DNA of 60,720 nucleotides, counting the filler, from Nemertoderma westbladi (Eukaryota > Animalia > Xenacoelomorpha), in the NCBI GenBank assembly GCA_032718475.1. It is 2 parts of 2 records of this genome, joined end to end, with 100 filler letters (N's around TTAATTAATTAA, not from the genome) between each part and the next. Parts side by side here need not be neighbours in the genome. Positions count along the whole stretch, not along the records: positions 1 to 30,892 come from JAUCBJ010001277.1; 1 more part is not named here. One strand, given 5' to 3'. Under the pieces are notes generated by a model. The model searched no databases. It was not told the origin of the DNA and saw only the letters and a program-made list of their open reading frames with translations. Positions 11,371 to 24,700 of the stretch are shown here, piece after piece. Every line of letters begins with the position of its first letter. Position 1 is the first letter of the stretch. Position numbers and translations under genes: made by a program.

Positions 11371-14263
11371 TTACATATGATTCGTATAATTAAAAGAATT
11401 GGTATAACTATAATACTAAATAATTTAAATTTACAGTTTTGTGGCTGTGTATTTGATGTATAAACACATTATCCAAAAGTCAATATTTTTTAAATATGCT
11501 TCACCTTTTGTTTCTATGGAAACGTGCATCACAGCTCCAATATAACTACTAACCATCTTATATTGCTATAAATGCTGTTTATCTCCAGTTCCAATATTAA
11601 TTACACTAAATTTCAGGCAGTTCCTAGGGAAAGGTCACCTTGTTGCTATGGACACGTGTATCAGCGCCAATGTTATTACTAACAATCTTATATTGCTAGA
11701 CAGGTTGATTATCCCAAGTTTCAATCATAATTTCATTAAATATACAGCGGTTGCTAGGGAAAGGTCCCCGGTTACTAAGGAAACGTGTATCAGCGCCTAT
11801 GTCATCACTAACCATCTTCTATTGCTAGTCAGGTTGATTATCCCAAGTTTCAATCATAATTCCATTAAATATAGAGCGGTTGCTAGGTAAAGGTCTCCTT
11901 GTTGCTATGGAAACGTCTACAGACTTATATTATAAACTAAACCAGTTATATAATCGTAATTTTTGTATATGGTGAGTTTCAATAACAGAAATGACCAATT
12001 TTACCCGGTTGCTATGTAAAAGTCACCCTGTTGCTAGGGAAGTAGTCAATTTTTTTGGTACACAGGCTCAGATTAATCTACACATTTTTTTACATATATA
12101 GTCATATTTTCATGCTTTTGTCCGGCAATTAACGATTTTCACCTTAAGCGACCCCACTATTACTGCGTATTGTACAGTTGTATCCAATGTGAACCTCTGA
12201 GTTACAATTAAAACGTTTTATTAGTGGATGGACCAGGTTTGAGAATGGCAATGTGTCTTGCAGTAATGTTACCATACATCCATAGTGCATAGCCTATTGT
12301 CTGAATCTGAACTGAATGTGTAATGTTAGCGCCCAACAGCGATCTGGTTACAGGGTTAGTGCAGTTAACACTGAGCATCTGACCATGACCATAGAGATAT
12401 CTTCACGAGAGTGAGGTAGAATAAAACGTCTGTCCTTATCTGATCTGATCTGACGGCATCTGATCCTATAACCAATCAGGAGAAAGAGATATATGTAAAT
12501 AACCAATAGGGGATCAGGTTGCCATGTTACGTATCAGTATCATCATATGACACGGCAGTACTGTAGGCCTTCAGCGCTTCAGGCATACCGGTATGCTGCC
12601 AATGCAGCAAAGGCATGTTAAAAATGCGATATACAGTAGGATGAAGGATTGCGGGTATGAAAGTTGTGTGATTGCCCCAGCAAATGTGGATAGTTTTATA
12701 TGTAAACAACTTTCGCAGATTTAGTTGGTGTTGAATGAAACATTAATCATTTATTAAAAACAACAGCCTTTCTGCCTTTGCTGCAATATTTTAGTAATCT
12801 TTCTTGTTAATAGTTATCAATATTAATAGTTAAAGTTAATTATATTAATTATAATTAATATTATTAAATAATGATACTGTTCTTATTAGTATATTACAGT
12901 TAAAATATTTATTGTTTGATTCTTACGCTAAAGGGAAGGCAGGAAGAGGTACAGTACCTCTGTACAGTACACTGTACTGCCGAATATGGCGAAACACTTT
13001 AACATGCCCCATATTGTCCTGATTGCCAGCTGATACAGCGGAGTTTATACCCAGACGATGAAGGAAGATGGGAAGGTGGGAATCAATAAATTATGTTGCT
13101 ACCTTCCAATTGAAGGAAAAGAGCAGGTTACAGCGGCGGCAATTTCTAACCAAGACAATAAACGATGTTGTTGAAAATTTTCACCCACCGGCGAGAATTA
13201 AAAGTTTCAGAATTCTTATTCAATTTTTACATATTCCATTGAATTCAGAACCCTCACAAATCCATATAACGCAAGAAACCCCATACTTCCGAAAAATAGA
13301 AGTTTGAGATGTATAGTTGTTAGATAAATATTTATTCCATTGAATTCAGAGCCCCCATAAACCTCTAAAATGTAAGATAGGACTATGAGTTGTCACAATC
13401 AATTGAACTATTGAATGAATTTTCAAAATTTCTTACTGGCACCAAATTTTGCGCACAGCACCGAAAAATACAACGTTGATGATATGCCTGGTGCAATTCA
13501 TATATATTCCAACGAGACTAGAACGCCTAAAACCCCTATTGCGGAAAAAACAGCTTCAAATAATCAATTTACAAAATTGAAATATTTCAAAATTTGGGGC
13601 TGGCACCAAAATTTGGCACCCGCCGCTAAAAACAAGATAATTTCTAGCTTATTTTATATGAATTTCTTTTAGTTAGTAGCGTTAGTTTCAGAGAGGGAGG
13701 TGCGAAAACTGCCCTAGCCCATGCGAGGATCGAACTCACGATGTACAAGAAATGTGATTTTAAAGCAATTTTAAAGTAAAGTCTTCGCAAGAATTCCTCT
13801 CTCCTTTAAGTGACGGTAAATCATAGTACTACAGTACTAGAAGAAGGAGACCGCCTATAAGACAGCAAAACCGAAAGAACTAAATGATAATCCCCATCAA
13901 ATATCAATCGCAATCAATATGTAAACCTCTCCTTCCATTCCATGCAGCTATGGAGAAAGCACAATTAATGTCATGACCAGTTCGCAACAGACAACAGACA
14001 CTACTCCAGCCTGATGCTTGCTACCTCTCTCTGGCCATCTACTGTAGCTACAGTAGAGTTCAATAATTACCTAAGATTGCTATGGTACAGTCTACAGAGA
14101 AAAATTCTTCCCAATTCACTAACATAGGCAGATTCGAGCCTGCTTGAGACAATATTAGATATTTATACACTATTTAATTTTTAATCAATAAATAATCATA
14201 CATCTTTATATTAAACACTCGAATAAAATAAAAACTTCGTGAGAATACTACTACAGTACTACT

Positions 14264-14914
14264 TGTTCGCGCTTTTAGACCTTTAGCAGTTTAACCTGCC
14301 AAATTTAGGTGTCTTTTGGCTATAAATCGACTTTAGCCTATGACAAGTATTTGATACACATAAAGCTACATTAGCCGAAGCCAGCCTATGCGCATCATTC
14401 ACCCACGGTTAAGGGAGACTGGATTCGGATGCTCTGACCTTATTGCGGTGTAGGCCTACTGTATTATTCGACTGATCGTTAATATATAATCTCTGACAAA
14501 TATTATTCACTTTCGGGAAATATTAACAGTTCCTTTAGGACGTGGCGCTCTAAGTATGTAAACAGAGTTACGACTTACACTAAACACAACGGGATGGCTA
14601 ATGATTCACGTATAAAGCGCATTCTTTAGGAGATGCTTTGTTATCTATCAAACTCATGCACACTACCGCACAATGCTGCACACCGATCTGCCGACCTTCA
14701 CTAATTTTAATCATATATAAGGAGAACAGCCACTGACACATGTAGGGTCTATGAAATAGCATTCAATTCACTCCAAAACCACTATAATGTAAGTCGCAAT
14801 TGCTATATGTAACCGGTCTCTCTAACCTTCAGTATATCAAGAAGATTGGGGTTTTCTGATTATTTATCGATATTCTCCAAATATAACAATATTCCATCAA
14901 CTGATACAATTAAT
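14264..14914 (-). repeat. 3' LTR (core shared part) of BEL/Pao element; may extend to 15446
   Basis: Near-identical direct repeat of 28994-29641 (about 7 differences seen by eye); begins TGTTC on +; candidate PPT and TGT start on minus at 15447-15456/15446. Confidence 0.7.
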
Positions 14915-15769
14915 AACTGACAGTAAATAGCAGTAAAATAATGCGGTGTTTGTATGTTACAATATGAGCAGTTTGTGATATGCAGATTTGGTTTGGATTG
15001 ATAACAGTTATACGTTTCTATGATCAAAGCCGTTCTAATGTTTGGCTAAAGTCTGAAACACAGAATAATTCCACAGCCGATGTTCTGGCATCAGGAAAAA
15101 AGGTAAACAAAGACCATAATGCATTGCCCGATTTCCCGGAGGCCTCTGTGCAAATAAAATGAAAATCGCTCTGATTGGTCGAGTGAACAAAGAACAAAGA
15201 AAAGTTATACGTGGACATATCAGCCGATAGATGTCGTCATCTGAACTACACTGTATCAAGAGTATTTTGGCGTATTGCGACATAAAATCGCTAGTTATGT
15301 CCGCTAAAGTACACATACAGAAGAAATGGCTTTTTATGTCCACTAAAACACCTGTACAGTAAGAAAACGGCTTTTTATGTCCGCTAAAACACCTACAGAG
15401 TACTTTGCGGGAAAAATGACTAGCTAGATCCGCAAAAGCCTTTACACCGCTCCCAGAAAATGGGATTTAATTCTATAAAATATAAAAAATCACAGTTTCT
15501 AAAGTATAAAAATACTCTAAACAGTTAGTCTTTCTTGCGCGGACGGCGTTTACGCAGTTTTTTGAGGCTAGCAAGAGTCCTTTTCTCTTTGGGGCGAGCC
15601 ACTTTAATAGGAGGGCTATAACTCCTGGGTGAAGGGTGCAATACAATTGCATCGAAGGTTTAGGATTACGGTCGGTGTATCCGCCGGTCGAGGTACCTGG
15701 TTGATCGATATCAACTTCAGTGGAGCAAGGTTTAACGGCCTTTAGAGCGTGTTTTAGGACAGCAGCTCC

Positions 15770-17063
15770 TACTGGTCCCTGACGAGTCGTCTGAACGATA
15801 GCGGTAGGTGGACCGTGAGTAGTGAAAATTTCCTCGGTTTGATGATTCTTTTCAACTCGCGTTCTCGGGCTCTATAGGAATCGATATGCTTCTCCTCGAG
15901 CTGATTTTCCTCCGCTTGTTGTTGGAAGCATTCGTCTAAAACTCTTATAGAGTAGAGTCGTCCAAGTTCAATATATTCTTAGAGATTCTGGATTTCCTGA
16001 TCGAACTGAGATAAAGCTAATTCGTTCACCGCTTGGACTTGCTGCTGCAATTTACGTTTCTCTAAACAATTGTAGGTTCCTTTTCCAATCTTTTGACGAA
16101 TAGTGTCCAACGCGTTTCATACAACTCTCTCTTCCGCCTCGGTGACAGGTTGTATCGGGTTAAACCGGGACGATGATACGGTTGAATGGCGATATTAGAT
16201 GTCCGCGTCCCAATCCGACTAGGTAAGATGGGCGAATATCTAGGGAGCCCACAACCGGAGTGCCACCGACTAACTGTTCGGGTAACACTAGAGATCTTTG
16301 AACAGTGAGTACAGTTCGGGAGGATCAGTGATACTATTAGGATCAAGAGTCTGAGGTCTCACTAGGAAGTGAGGAGGTCTGACCGAGTATTCCGGAACTC
16401 TGATCATTGGTTTATTTAAGGATCGTTCGAATCGAACGAGCGTAGGTGATACATCGAACAAGTTTCGCTCGAAACTCCCGTAAATATAGCGAGTAAAACC
16501 ATGTTTAGCGCAACGTCTCTGCGGATGTTTATGTCTTTCCGTTTGTTGGTTGGGTTCATCGCAATAATACCAAAGACGCACGTCTTGTAGGGGAAACGCG
16601 GGTGATATTTATTCGGTTTTACAATGTTTCTCAAGAATTCCAAATATACGTTGGAGTTACCGCGTTTATCAGGTTCTTTAACATCTTCTCTTTCGAGTCG
16701 ATTTCGAATAGAATTTTCGCATTCGATTTTCAGTTTATCGTTCCGACTCCGCTGGGTAGGATATTTAAATAGGGCCATTTCCCTTTTGGTGTCGACATCG
16801 TCCGTATCGTGTAAATCGATAGGATGACCAGTAGTTAAGAAGTCCATATGCGTACCATTACGATGCGTATAGCGAGCAGTGAATTTTCGATAGTCCAATT
16901 CACGAGTGAGTTGCTCCTGGGACATTGGCGGTTCGATATAACGACCATAGTCCTCCGTAGTAGTTGGACCAGCGTCGCTGCGTATTAAGCTATCAACAAA
17001 TGCTTGCAACGGTAGAGCATATCGCTCCCTGATACCAAGATCATCTTCTATCAACTCAGACAT
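15770..17063 (-). pseudogene. Decayed accessory ORF downstream of pol, unknown function
   Basis: Overlapping minus-strand ORFs 16416-17063, 16288-16581, 16062-16346 plus Q/E-rich coiled-coil-like continuation to about 15770; coding-like composition amid AT-rich flanks. Confidence 0.5.
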
Positions 17064-17885
17064 AGCTGCTATATGAGTTTATCAATATTATAATGAGTTT
17101 ATAATTAGGCTAGCGGGCGTCGCTGCCTACCCCTCACGGCCCCCGGACAGCGCAAGATCCTCAGCACTGATGCACTTTCGCCGATGTGCCTATCGCCAAC
17201 ATAGTAGCTGCACAACGACCACAACAACCAGAGCGAGTCACTCCACTGTCCGTCCCAAGGGCTAAGATTTACTTCAGGTTATTACTGCAGAGTTAGGGCT
17301 ACTTTCACAATTGCGACTCGCTACTGTAAACACACTTTAGTAGTAACATTCACCTATAAACGCACAAATTCCACACAACTGTCACAAACCGCACACATTC
17401 GGGCCATTTGTCCGTTAGTCAAGTGCCTTCCAGAATGCCACGTTATTATTGGTTATCCTTGGATACTAGCAGTGTGCTATTTATTCTTTATGCTATTCAA
17501 TGGGGCAAGCCTTTATTGTTCTTTTAACTCACTTCTAATTCTAGCGTGGTTGTTGCCATGGTGACATTATGGAAAGCTAGCGGTAGAATTAGGGTAATTC
17601 TCATGCATACAGATCTGGGATGCTATTTAATAGTAATTCTTTAATTGTCAATATTCCTCGTTATAAATGATTTTATGAATTTTATCGGCTATTGACTATA
17701 TATTGGAGATTCTCGCACACTAATACACTTAATAGGGTGAATCTCCACTCCCATGATCTATTAATTAATGGAATTTTGGGAATGTTACAAATTGTATAAA
17801 AATGACAATTTATCAAATTCATTAAAAGATATGAATTTAAATTTATTCCCGTAAATTTTATTATTTAATATTAAATAGACACAAT

Positions 17886-18243
17886 TTTATTCCAGAGCAT
17901 GTCTGGGGACTAGGATCCTGAATTCTAGGAAATTTGTCCTTTTAAGAGTATCGGTAAGTGCTACGATATCTTAATCGACTAGAATTTTAAAGGATCTCAA
18001 TTTTAACAGATTTTTATTTATAGATTTTCTAGAGTTAACTTGTAAGTATTTACTATATTGTATTTGTTTGACAGATTTTATAAATATTAATAGTTAATAT
18101 TTAAGATGGGCACCGGTTTATTCCAGAACTTGTCTGGGGACGTTAACCACTGATTCTAGAATTTTGTCTTTCAAGTATATCGGTGGGTGCCGCGATATCT
18201 TAATCGACTAGAATTACAGATGGTCAAAGGGTTTAACAGATTT
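17886..18243. repeat. Two diverged about 125-bp structured repeats
   Basis: 17886-18014 and 18117-18243 share TTTATTCCAGA..TGTCTGGGGAC, ATTCTAG, CGATATCTTAATCGACTAGAATT, TTTAACAGATTT. Confidence 0.7.
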
Positions 18244-18768
18244 ATTTTGCGTTTTACGCTACTGTTAAAGGGACATCACGCTACTATATGTATTATTTAA
18301 TATACGGTATGAGAGCAATATCGCAAGAAGCAATGTCAGTGAGAAGAGGCAAGTCGTTTCCAAGGTCTACCCAGAGCTTGGTTTAGCCGAGACACGAGGA
18401 TCTGAACTTTGCATTCCTAATACTCTACTTACCAATAATACTTGAATATAGTAGGAGCTTTATTGTACTTTAATAAGTACGGATATTTCATCTTACTGTA
18501 GTCACGTATTTATAATGTAATACGGACAGTAAGGAAAGAGAAAAAGAATTATTTCTCGCCGTCGCACTAAATATATAATATGTAAGTAATTAAGTAATAA
18601 ACGCGAATATATATGGCACTAATCTACTAAATAATCGCTAAAATAACATTCTACTAAATAAAATTAAAGAAAACGATTATAATAAAATTACATAATAATA
18701 CATACATAAATATAAAATAATAAGAACAAATATAAAATAATATAGTCACACACCCACTCCAGACGCTG

Positions 18769-21700
18769 TCACGTTGGGGAGTCCCTAGATGTTTGTTGGA
18801 TTAGGGAGGTGGTCGTGGGAAGAGTATCTTGCCTTCCATAGTTTCCGGAGAGTTCTCTGTCTCTTTCCAGTAAACATAAACGACCAACTGGGCGATTGAG
18901 CTGCTGCGTCTCGAAGACAATTCCCGGTTTCTTAAAGTTACGTCGCATGACGACGACTTCTACCGATCGCACTGAACCGTCATCCGAGATATGAGTCTCG
19001 ATGATGCGACCTGTCTGCCACCGCTTACGTGGAAGATCTGAATCCACAATAAGGACCATGTCTCCAGCGCTGACGTTTTCTTGCTGCGCAAACCACTTAG
19101 TTCGAAGTTGTAGCGTGGGCAGATAATGTTTTTCGAAATGGTCAGCGAAACGACGGGATAACAACTGCATAAGTTGCCAAGTTTGCCGGCAGTATTCGTC
19201 TCCGTCTGTGATTTCCGATCGTGGGAGCATGGCTACAGGTTTCTTCAGTAGGAAGTGCGCGGGTGTTAGCGCTTCCAGGGAATCGGGACTCGATGAGACT
19301 GGCATAAGCGGTCTCTCGTTGAGATAGGCGGCGATTTCCTCCATTAACGTCCGCAAAAGTTCGTCGGTGAGATACGCACGGCACGGCACTATAAAGTGAA
19401 ATGCGGTCTTCACGCTTCTGATTAATCTCTCCCAACTTCCTCCCCACCAAGGGGCATCGGCGGTGTTGAAGGTCCAGCTAGACGCTGTTACCCTTAGCTG
19501 ATCGTCCACCTGTCTTTGGTTCCAATCTTTGACGTAAGCCTTGATTTCATTGTTGGCACCAATGAAGTTCGTTCCCTTATCAGATCTCATCGTGTTACTA
19601 GTTCCAAAGCGAGCGATCTGTCGGCGTAAGCTCAATATGAAGCTGTTGGTAGATAAATCGTTCACCATATCGAGATGGATAGCTCTACAAATCATACAAA
19701 CAAAGATGACACACCATCTCTTGACTATAGTCCTAGCACGATATACTTCAATAGGGCCAAATAAATCCACACTGGTATTAGTAAAGGGTGGTTCATAGAA
19801 GCTTACTCGTTCCCTAGGTAATTCTGCCTCTCGCTGTGTTAAAGGCCTACTGAATGCTTTCCTACACGGTATGCAGTTCCTAAGAACTTGGTTCAGAGCT
19901 CTACGGGGTTTATGAAAATAATAGCGAGTTCGAATTTCGCTAAGAACTCGTTCTCTACCAGCATGATAAAGCTTACTGTGAACATCTACAATCATCTTGA
20001 TTTGTATTTCAAGATTTCTAATGAGTATGGGAAACTTAGTGTCAAAGGATAATGGAGCATTAGTTAGTCTTCCTCCAACACGTATTAACCCATCTATCAT
20101 TGTGCTAGAGAAACGATCCCTTAAGCGCATCTGTGGATTTCTCAATAACAGGAAATACTTATCGGAATCCTCATAGCATTGCAGGAGTCTCAGTATCTGC
20201 TTATTGGTTTCTTCATGCTCCTGGTGACTGATCTTCTCCTTCAGAAACCTGTCGGATATCTTGTATTTGGGAAGATCTTTAACAACATGGACCTGCGCAG
20301 ATATCAGTGGAGCGGTATCACTAGTGGTCTTCGTCCTGGAGTAGTGATGATGAAAACATCGCTTTAAATATGTAACGGCCTTACAGAGCCGATTCCAGGA
20401 ACTATAGTGATGTATCGCTCTCTGCAGGAGAGGTGAGAGTCCTTGCGAGACGTCTGGTATTCCAGATTTCCAATCTCTCTCTCTGATTTCCACAACAGAC
20501 TTATTTGTGGCTGTGGGTTTCGGATCCAAAGCGTCGTCTCCGGAAGTGTGTAGTACAGACAGATCTACTACGGGTTTAAATAACTTCGATTTACTCGCCC
20601 GAGTTTTAGGTTTGACTTTCTCCGCTCCCTTGGCCTGTCTAATCTCCGCCGTAGTAAGATGAGGAGGCCATTCATCCTCTTCTTTGCTTAGGAAGTCGGG
20701 TCCACCTAACCAGTCTGGAGTATCTATCAATTCTTGTGGAGTTGCTCCCCTGGAAGCGATGTCGGCTGGATTAATCGTTCCGGGGCAATGTCTCCATTGA
20801 TCTATCTTCGTGCGACTAAGTATAATGGCTACTCTGTTGGTAACGAAGACGCTGAACTGACAGACTTCATTGGTTATATACTCCAACACGAGTAAAGCAT
20901 CGGTCCAATAGACAGTTTTCTCCAGTGGATAGTCGATCTGTTCTGTTACATTCCGGCCGATGGCTGTAGCGTATAGAGCCGCTTTTAACTCCGCTCGAGG
21001 AACTTTCAACTTGTTGTTTATCAAGGCCTTAGAGGTAACCAAGGCGACCTTGATTCCATCCGGAGTTTCAACTCTCAGGTAGGCTACTATACCTATTCCC
21101 ATATCGCTGGCATCTCCAAACACATGGAGTTGATAGGAATACGTAGGGAGAACATGACCAAAATATGAACGGGAAATTATAAAGTTCTCGATGGATGGTA
21201 GAGAATCTTCCCATTTCATCCACTTCTTTAATAGTTCTCCCTTAAGTGGATCGTCCCATGAGTGGTTTTCAAGCCACATTTGTTGTACTAAACTCCGAGC
21301 AATCAATATAACTGGGCTAATAAATCCCAATGGATCGAAATAAGTGCTCAGGATACTTAGACAAATCCGTTTAGTCCGAACTGGATTATCTCGCTGTTTT
21401 AGCTGGAAAAACAGGATATCTCTCTCTGTGTCCCATTTCAAACCAAGCGTCTTGGTTTCTGGAAGATCGTCCTTGATTAGGTCTAGATCTTTAACTCCTC
21501 GGTCTTCTACCGGGATCGATTCCAGAAACTCACGGGAGTTGCTGGTGAATTTAGTTAATCGAAATCCACCTCTTTTCAAGCACTCTACCGTTCCTTTGGC
21601 GACATCAATGGATTCTTCCACCGATGGGAGGGACTTTAAATTGTCGTCCATGTATATATCCCGTTTGATGTTGTCGATAACCTCTTTAGAGAAGGCGTCC

Positions 21701-24700
21701 CGGTTGTCATCAGCAGTGGTGCGCACCACTGAGTAGGCGTTTGAAGGGCTTGAGATGATCCCAAAAGCCTGGATGGTCATCCAGTACTCCACCGGTTTCT
21801 GGTTGAGGTCTCCTTCAGGCCACCACAGAAATCGTAGGCTGTCTCGATCCCTATCCAGCGCCTTAACTTGTAAGAACATGCCTTCTATATCGGAGGCGAA
21901 AGTGATTGAATATTGTCGTAATCTTAAGAGTATTCCCAACAAGGATTGGAGTAATTTGGGTCCTGGCAACAACTCGGAATTAAGGGATTGGCCCATGTAG
22001 AGGGTGGAGCCGTCAAATACTACCCGGTCTTCATTGGGTTTACCGGGTTTGGGAATGTAATGATGTGTTAGATAGTACGTTCTCTCAGTTATGGGTGTTT
22101 CTTCCGGTACTCGCTCCGCATATCCCTTGTCAATAAATTTCTTCAACTGAGTCTTGTACATTTCCTTAGCTGAAGCATTTGCCGTAAGGCGTCGATATGG
22201 TTGCGCAATTCTTTTCTCCGCCAAGGGTCGGTTGTTTATAAATTTAGGTTCTCGCTTTCGAAATGGTAGACCGATTTCATATCTACCTTGATCTTTAAGA
22301 AAATGTGTAGTTGTCTCCTGGATCTGCTTGGCTCTTTCTTCTTCTACCGATAGGGCCTTATTGTAGGAATTGGGCTCTACAGCCTCTTGAGTAAAGAATC
22401 GTACGGCGTGTTCATCGCGAGTCTTCGCGTTGTAGCGATCTATCACTTCATTCAGTTCGTCGTTGTAATCAACTTGTTCAGCTGGATGAATGAGGTGACA
22501 TAGGTTCACTTGGTTTTGCCAAGTTTCGTTTTCCGTAAGGAGGTCGATGGTCTTCTCCTCGTCAAAGAGTTGGTGGATGTCGTCATTATCTGAGGAGTAT
22601 GGTGTTCCCTCAGTTATGTCGTCTACCTCACTGAACTCCTCTTCCCATTCACTTACCTGGTATACCCGTTCTTTGGGTAACCTTTCCATGAGAGTTCTAC
22701 GGGAAGGGCCAGTAAAGTACCAACCTACTCTAGTTCTTCCCGCATAGGCTTGTAGTGGTTGCGGTTGAGCAGGCCGTTTCTCCAATGTCTCAAGCGCCTC
22801 ATGCGCATTTTGGCCGATGAGTATTTGCACTCCAGGGTAGTCTGTGTTGAATCTAGGTATCTTAAGCTGCTGGGTGAAATCATCCTCATCCCAGTTATAA
22901 GGTTCCACTTGGCTGGTAGCGAAGTTCTTTATCGCCACCATTTTTACTGACCTTATACTGTGTTCTCCTAGTTCATCCTGGGGGGTGGACAACGCACCTA
23001 CATAGTAATCTGCAATTACTGTAGATTTCCAAACCTGCATAATTCCTGACATGTTTAACTTAGTTCGGAACTTGGGTTGTCCAGCAAAGATGTCTTCGGC
23101 TAGTTCTTTGTCGATGAATGTTCCTGTGCTGCCGGAGTCAAGGAGGGCGTTCACTATATAACTCTTGTCAGGACCGTGGACTCTCAACTGCACTACGGGA
23201 AATTCTCGGATTCCTACGTTGGAAGTTGGTGCTTTCACAGATGGTTGTCGGTCAGGAGTAGTTAGGGGGAGCTCATTGTCGGTTTCCTTCTCATACGTAA
23301 GTGCTCGATACACTGCGGTATTTATTAGGTAACAGGATTCGTTTTCGTCGGAGAATTCGTCCGTATAGAATCCTTCCATCTCAGAACTTTGGTCAGTGTC
23401 GTTCACATCACTGAATTGGACATGTAGTTCGGACTCACTTACCTGACTCGGGCTGTTTCGTTCGAATTCAGTGTGCAACAAGATATGATGTTTCACGCCG
23501 CACTTTGCACACCTTGCGTCGGAGTAACAGGTTTGCCGTTGGTGTCCTTTTCTGAGGCAATTATAACACAACCGCTTATCCCACATGACTTCACGTCTAC
23601 CTTTTAGTGATTTCTTTAAAAATTTATCACACACACTTAAACGGTGGGGCCCTTTGCACAGCGCACATTTTGGTTTGATGTTACTCACCTTACCTTGGGT
23701 AACGTTGTGCACTCTCGTTCTTTCCTCGGGCTTTCTTCCGCGAACTCTATTAGGAGACGTAGGAGGAGTTTTTGTTACCTGTTCTCTCCTGTCATTGGTT
23801 CGAGACTTAAATTTACTTACGTCTTTAGGCGCTTTGTTGACATAGTAAGATCTTTCAGTGTCTTTCCCGCTGTCCTCTTCTTGAGAAGCCTGGCTTTCGC
23901 CGTCGTCTGTATGACACACTGGTGTTACCTTTCTCCTAGAAACGGGTTTCTCACTTACCTTATTTTCCGGTGTCTTCTCTCTGGACTGCTTTAGGAGTTG
24001 TAATTTTACCTCTCCATCTAAGAATGACATGAGATCAGCCATGGTAGGGTCTCTTCGTTGTTGTTCCATCATATATAAGACTTTCTTGTCCCAGCGTGTA
24101 CCTACTCCACCCTTTGGTAAAGTAGAGGCCACGGCTCCAATAACCATAGAACTCTGATATTCATGAGACTTACCTGGCCAATCTAATTGTCTACAGAACT
24201 CCTGAATCTCATCGGAAAACTCTATAATCCCGCTGCTAATGAACTTTCGGGGCGCTACCAATTTTGCATACAAATACCTAGCTATGTTATTCCTATTACC
24301 ATACCTGATGTTTAGTGTATCCCAAACTTGTCTTAATCCATCTGGATGTCCAATAAACGTTAACGCCATTAACTTGGGAGATCCTTCCAAGCACTCGATG
24401 AGGAATCTAAGTTTCTCTCCGTTAGATAGCACAGAGTTCTGTATGTTATCTTTGTAATATTCATTAAAAGGTAACCATTTCATCTCATCTCCATTGAACT
24501 TGACGATCTCTCCCACCTTTACCGCTTGACGGGCTTCGGTTCTAGCCATTTGACGCGTAAAACTTTCTTGGGCCATCGTATTATTTAATATCGAGTTATC
24601 GGTATATAAATTTCTCGGATTATGATCAGGTCTATATGGAATATCATTGTCAACAGGTTTATAATTACCCTTAATAGGGTTTACTATAGGAGTTTCTACT

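Larger units (their letters stand above)
7779..12159 (+). mobile_element. Academ-like DNA transposon (internally deleted)
   Basis: Long TIRs beginning TAGTGGGGTCGCTTAAGG (about 150 bp matching), 3-bp TSD TTA (7776-7778, 12160-12162), about 120-bp subterminal repeats (CCTAGCAAC/GTTGCTAGG) at both ends, XPG+Cys ORF inside. Confidence 0.85.

Noticed and set aside
13711-13742. tRNA gene on minus strand (GTGAGTTCGATCCTCGCATGGGC T-arm/B-box)
   Set aside because: Only the 3' half is present; at most a SINE/tRNA relic
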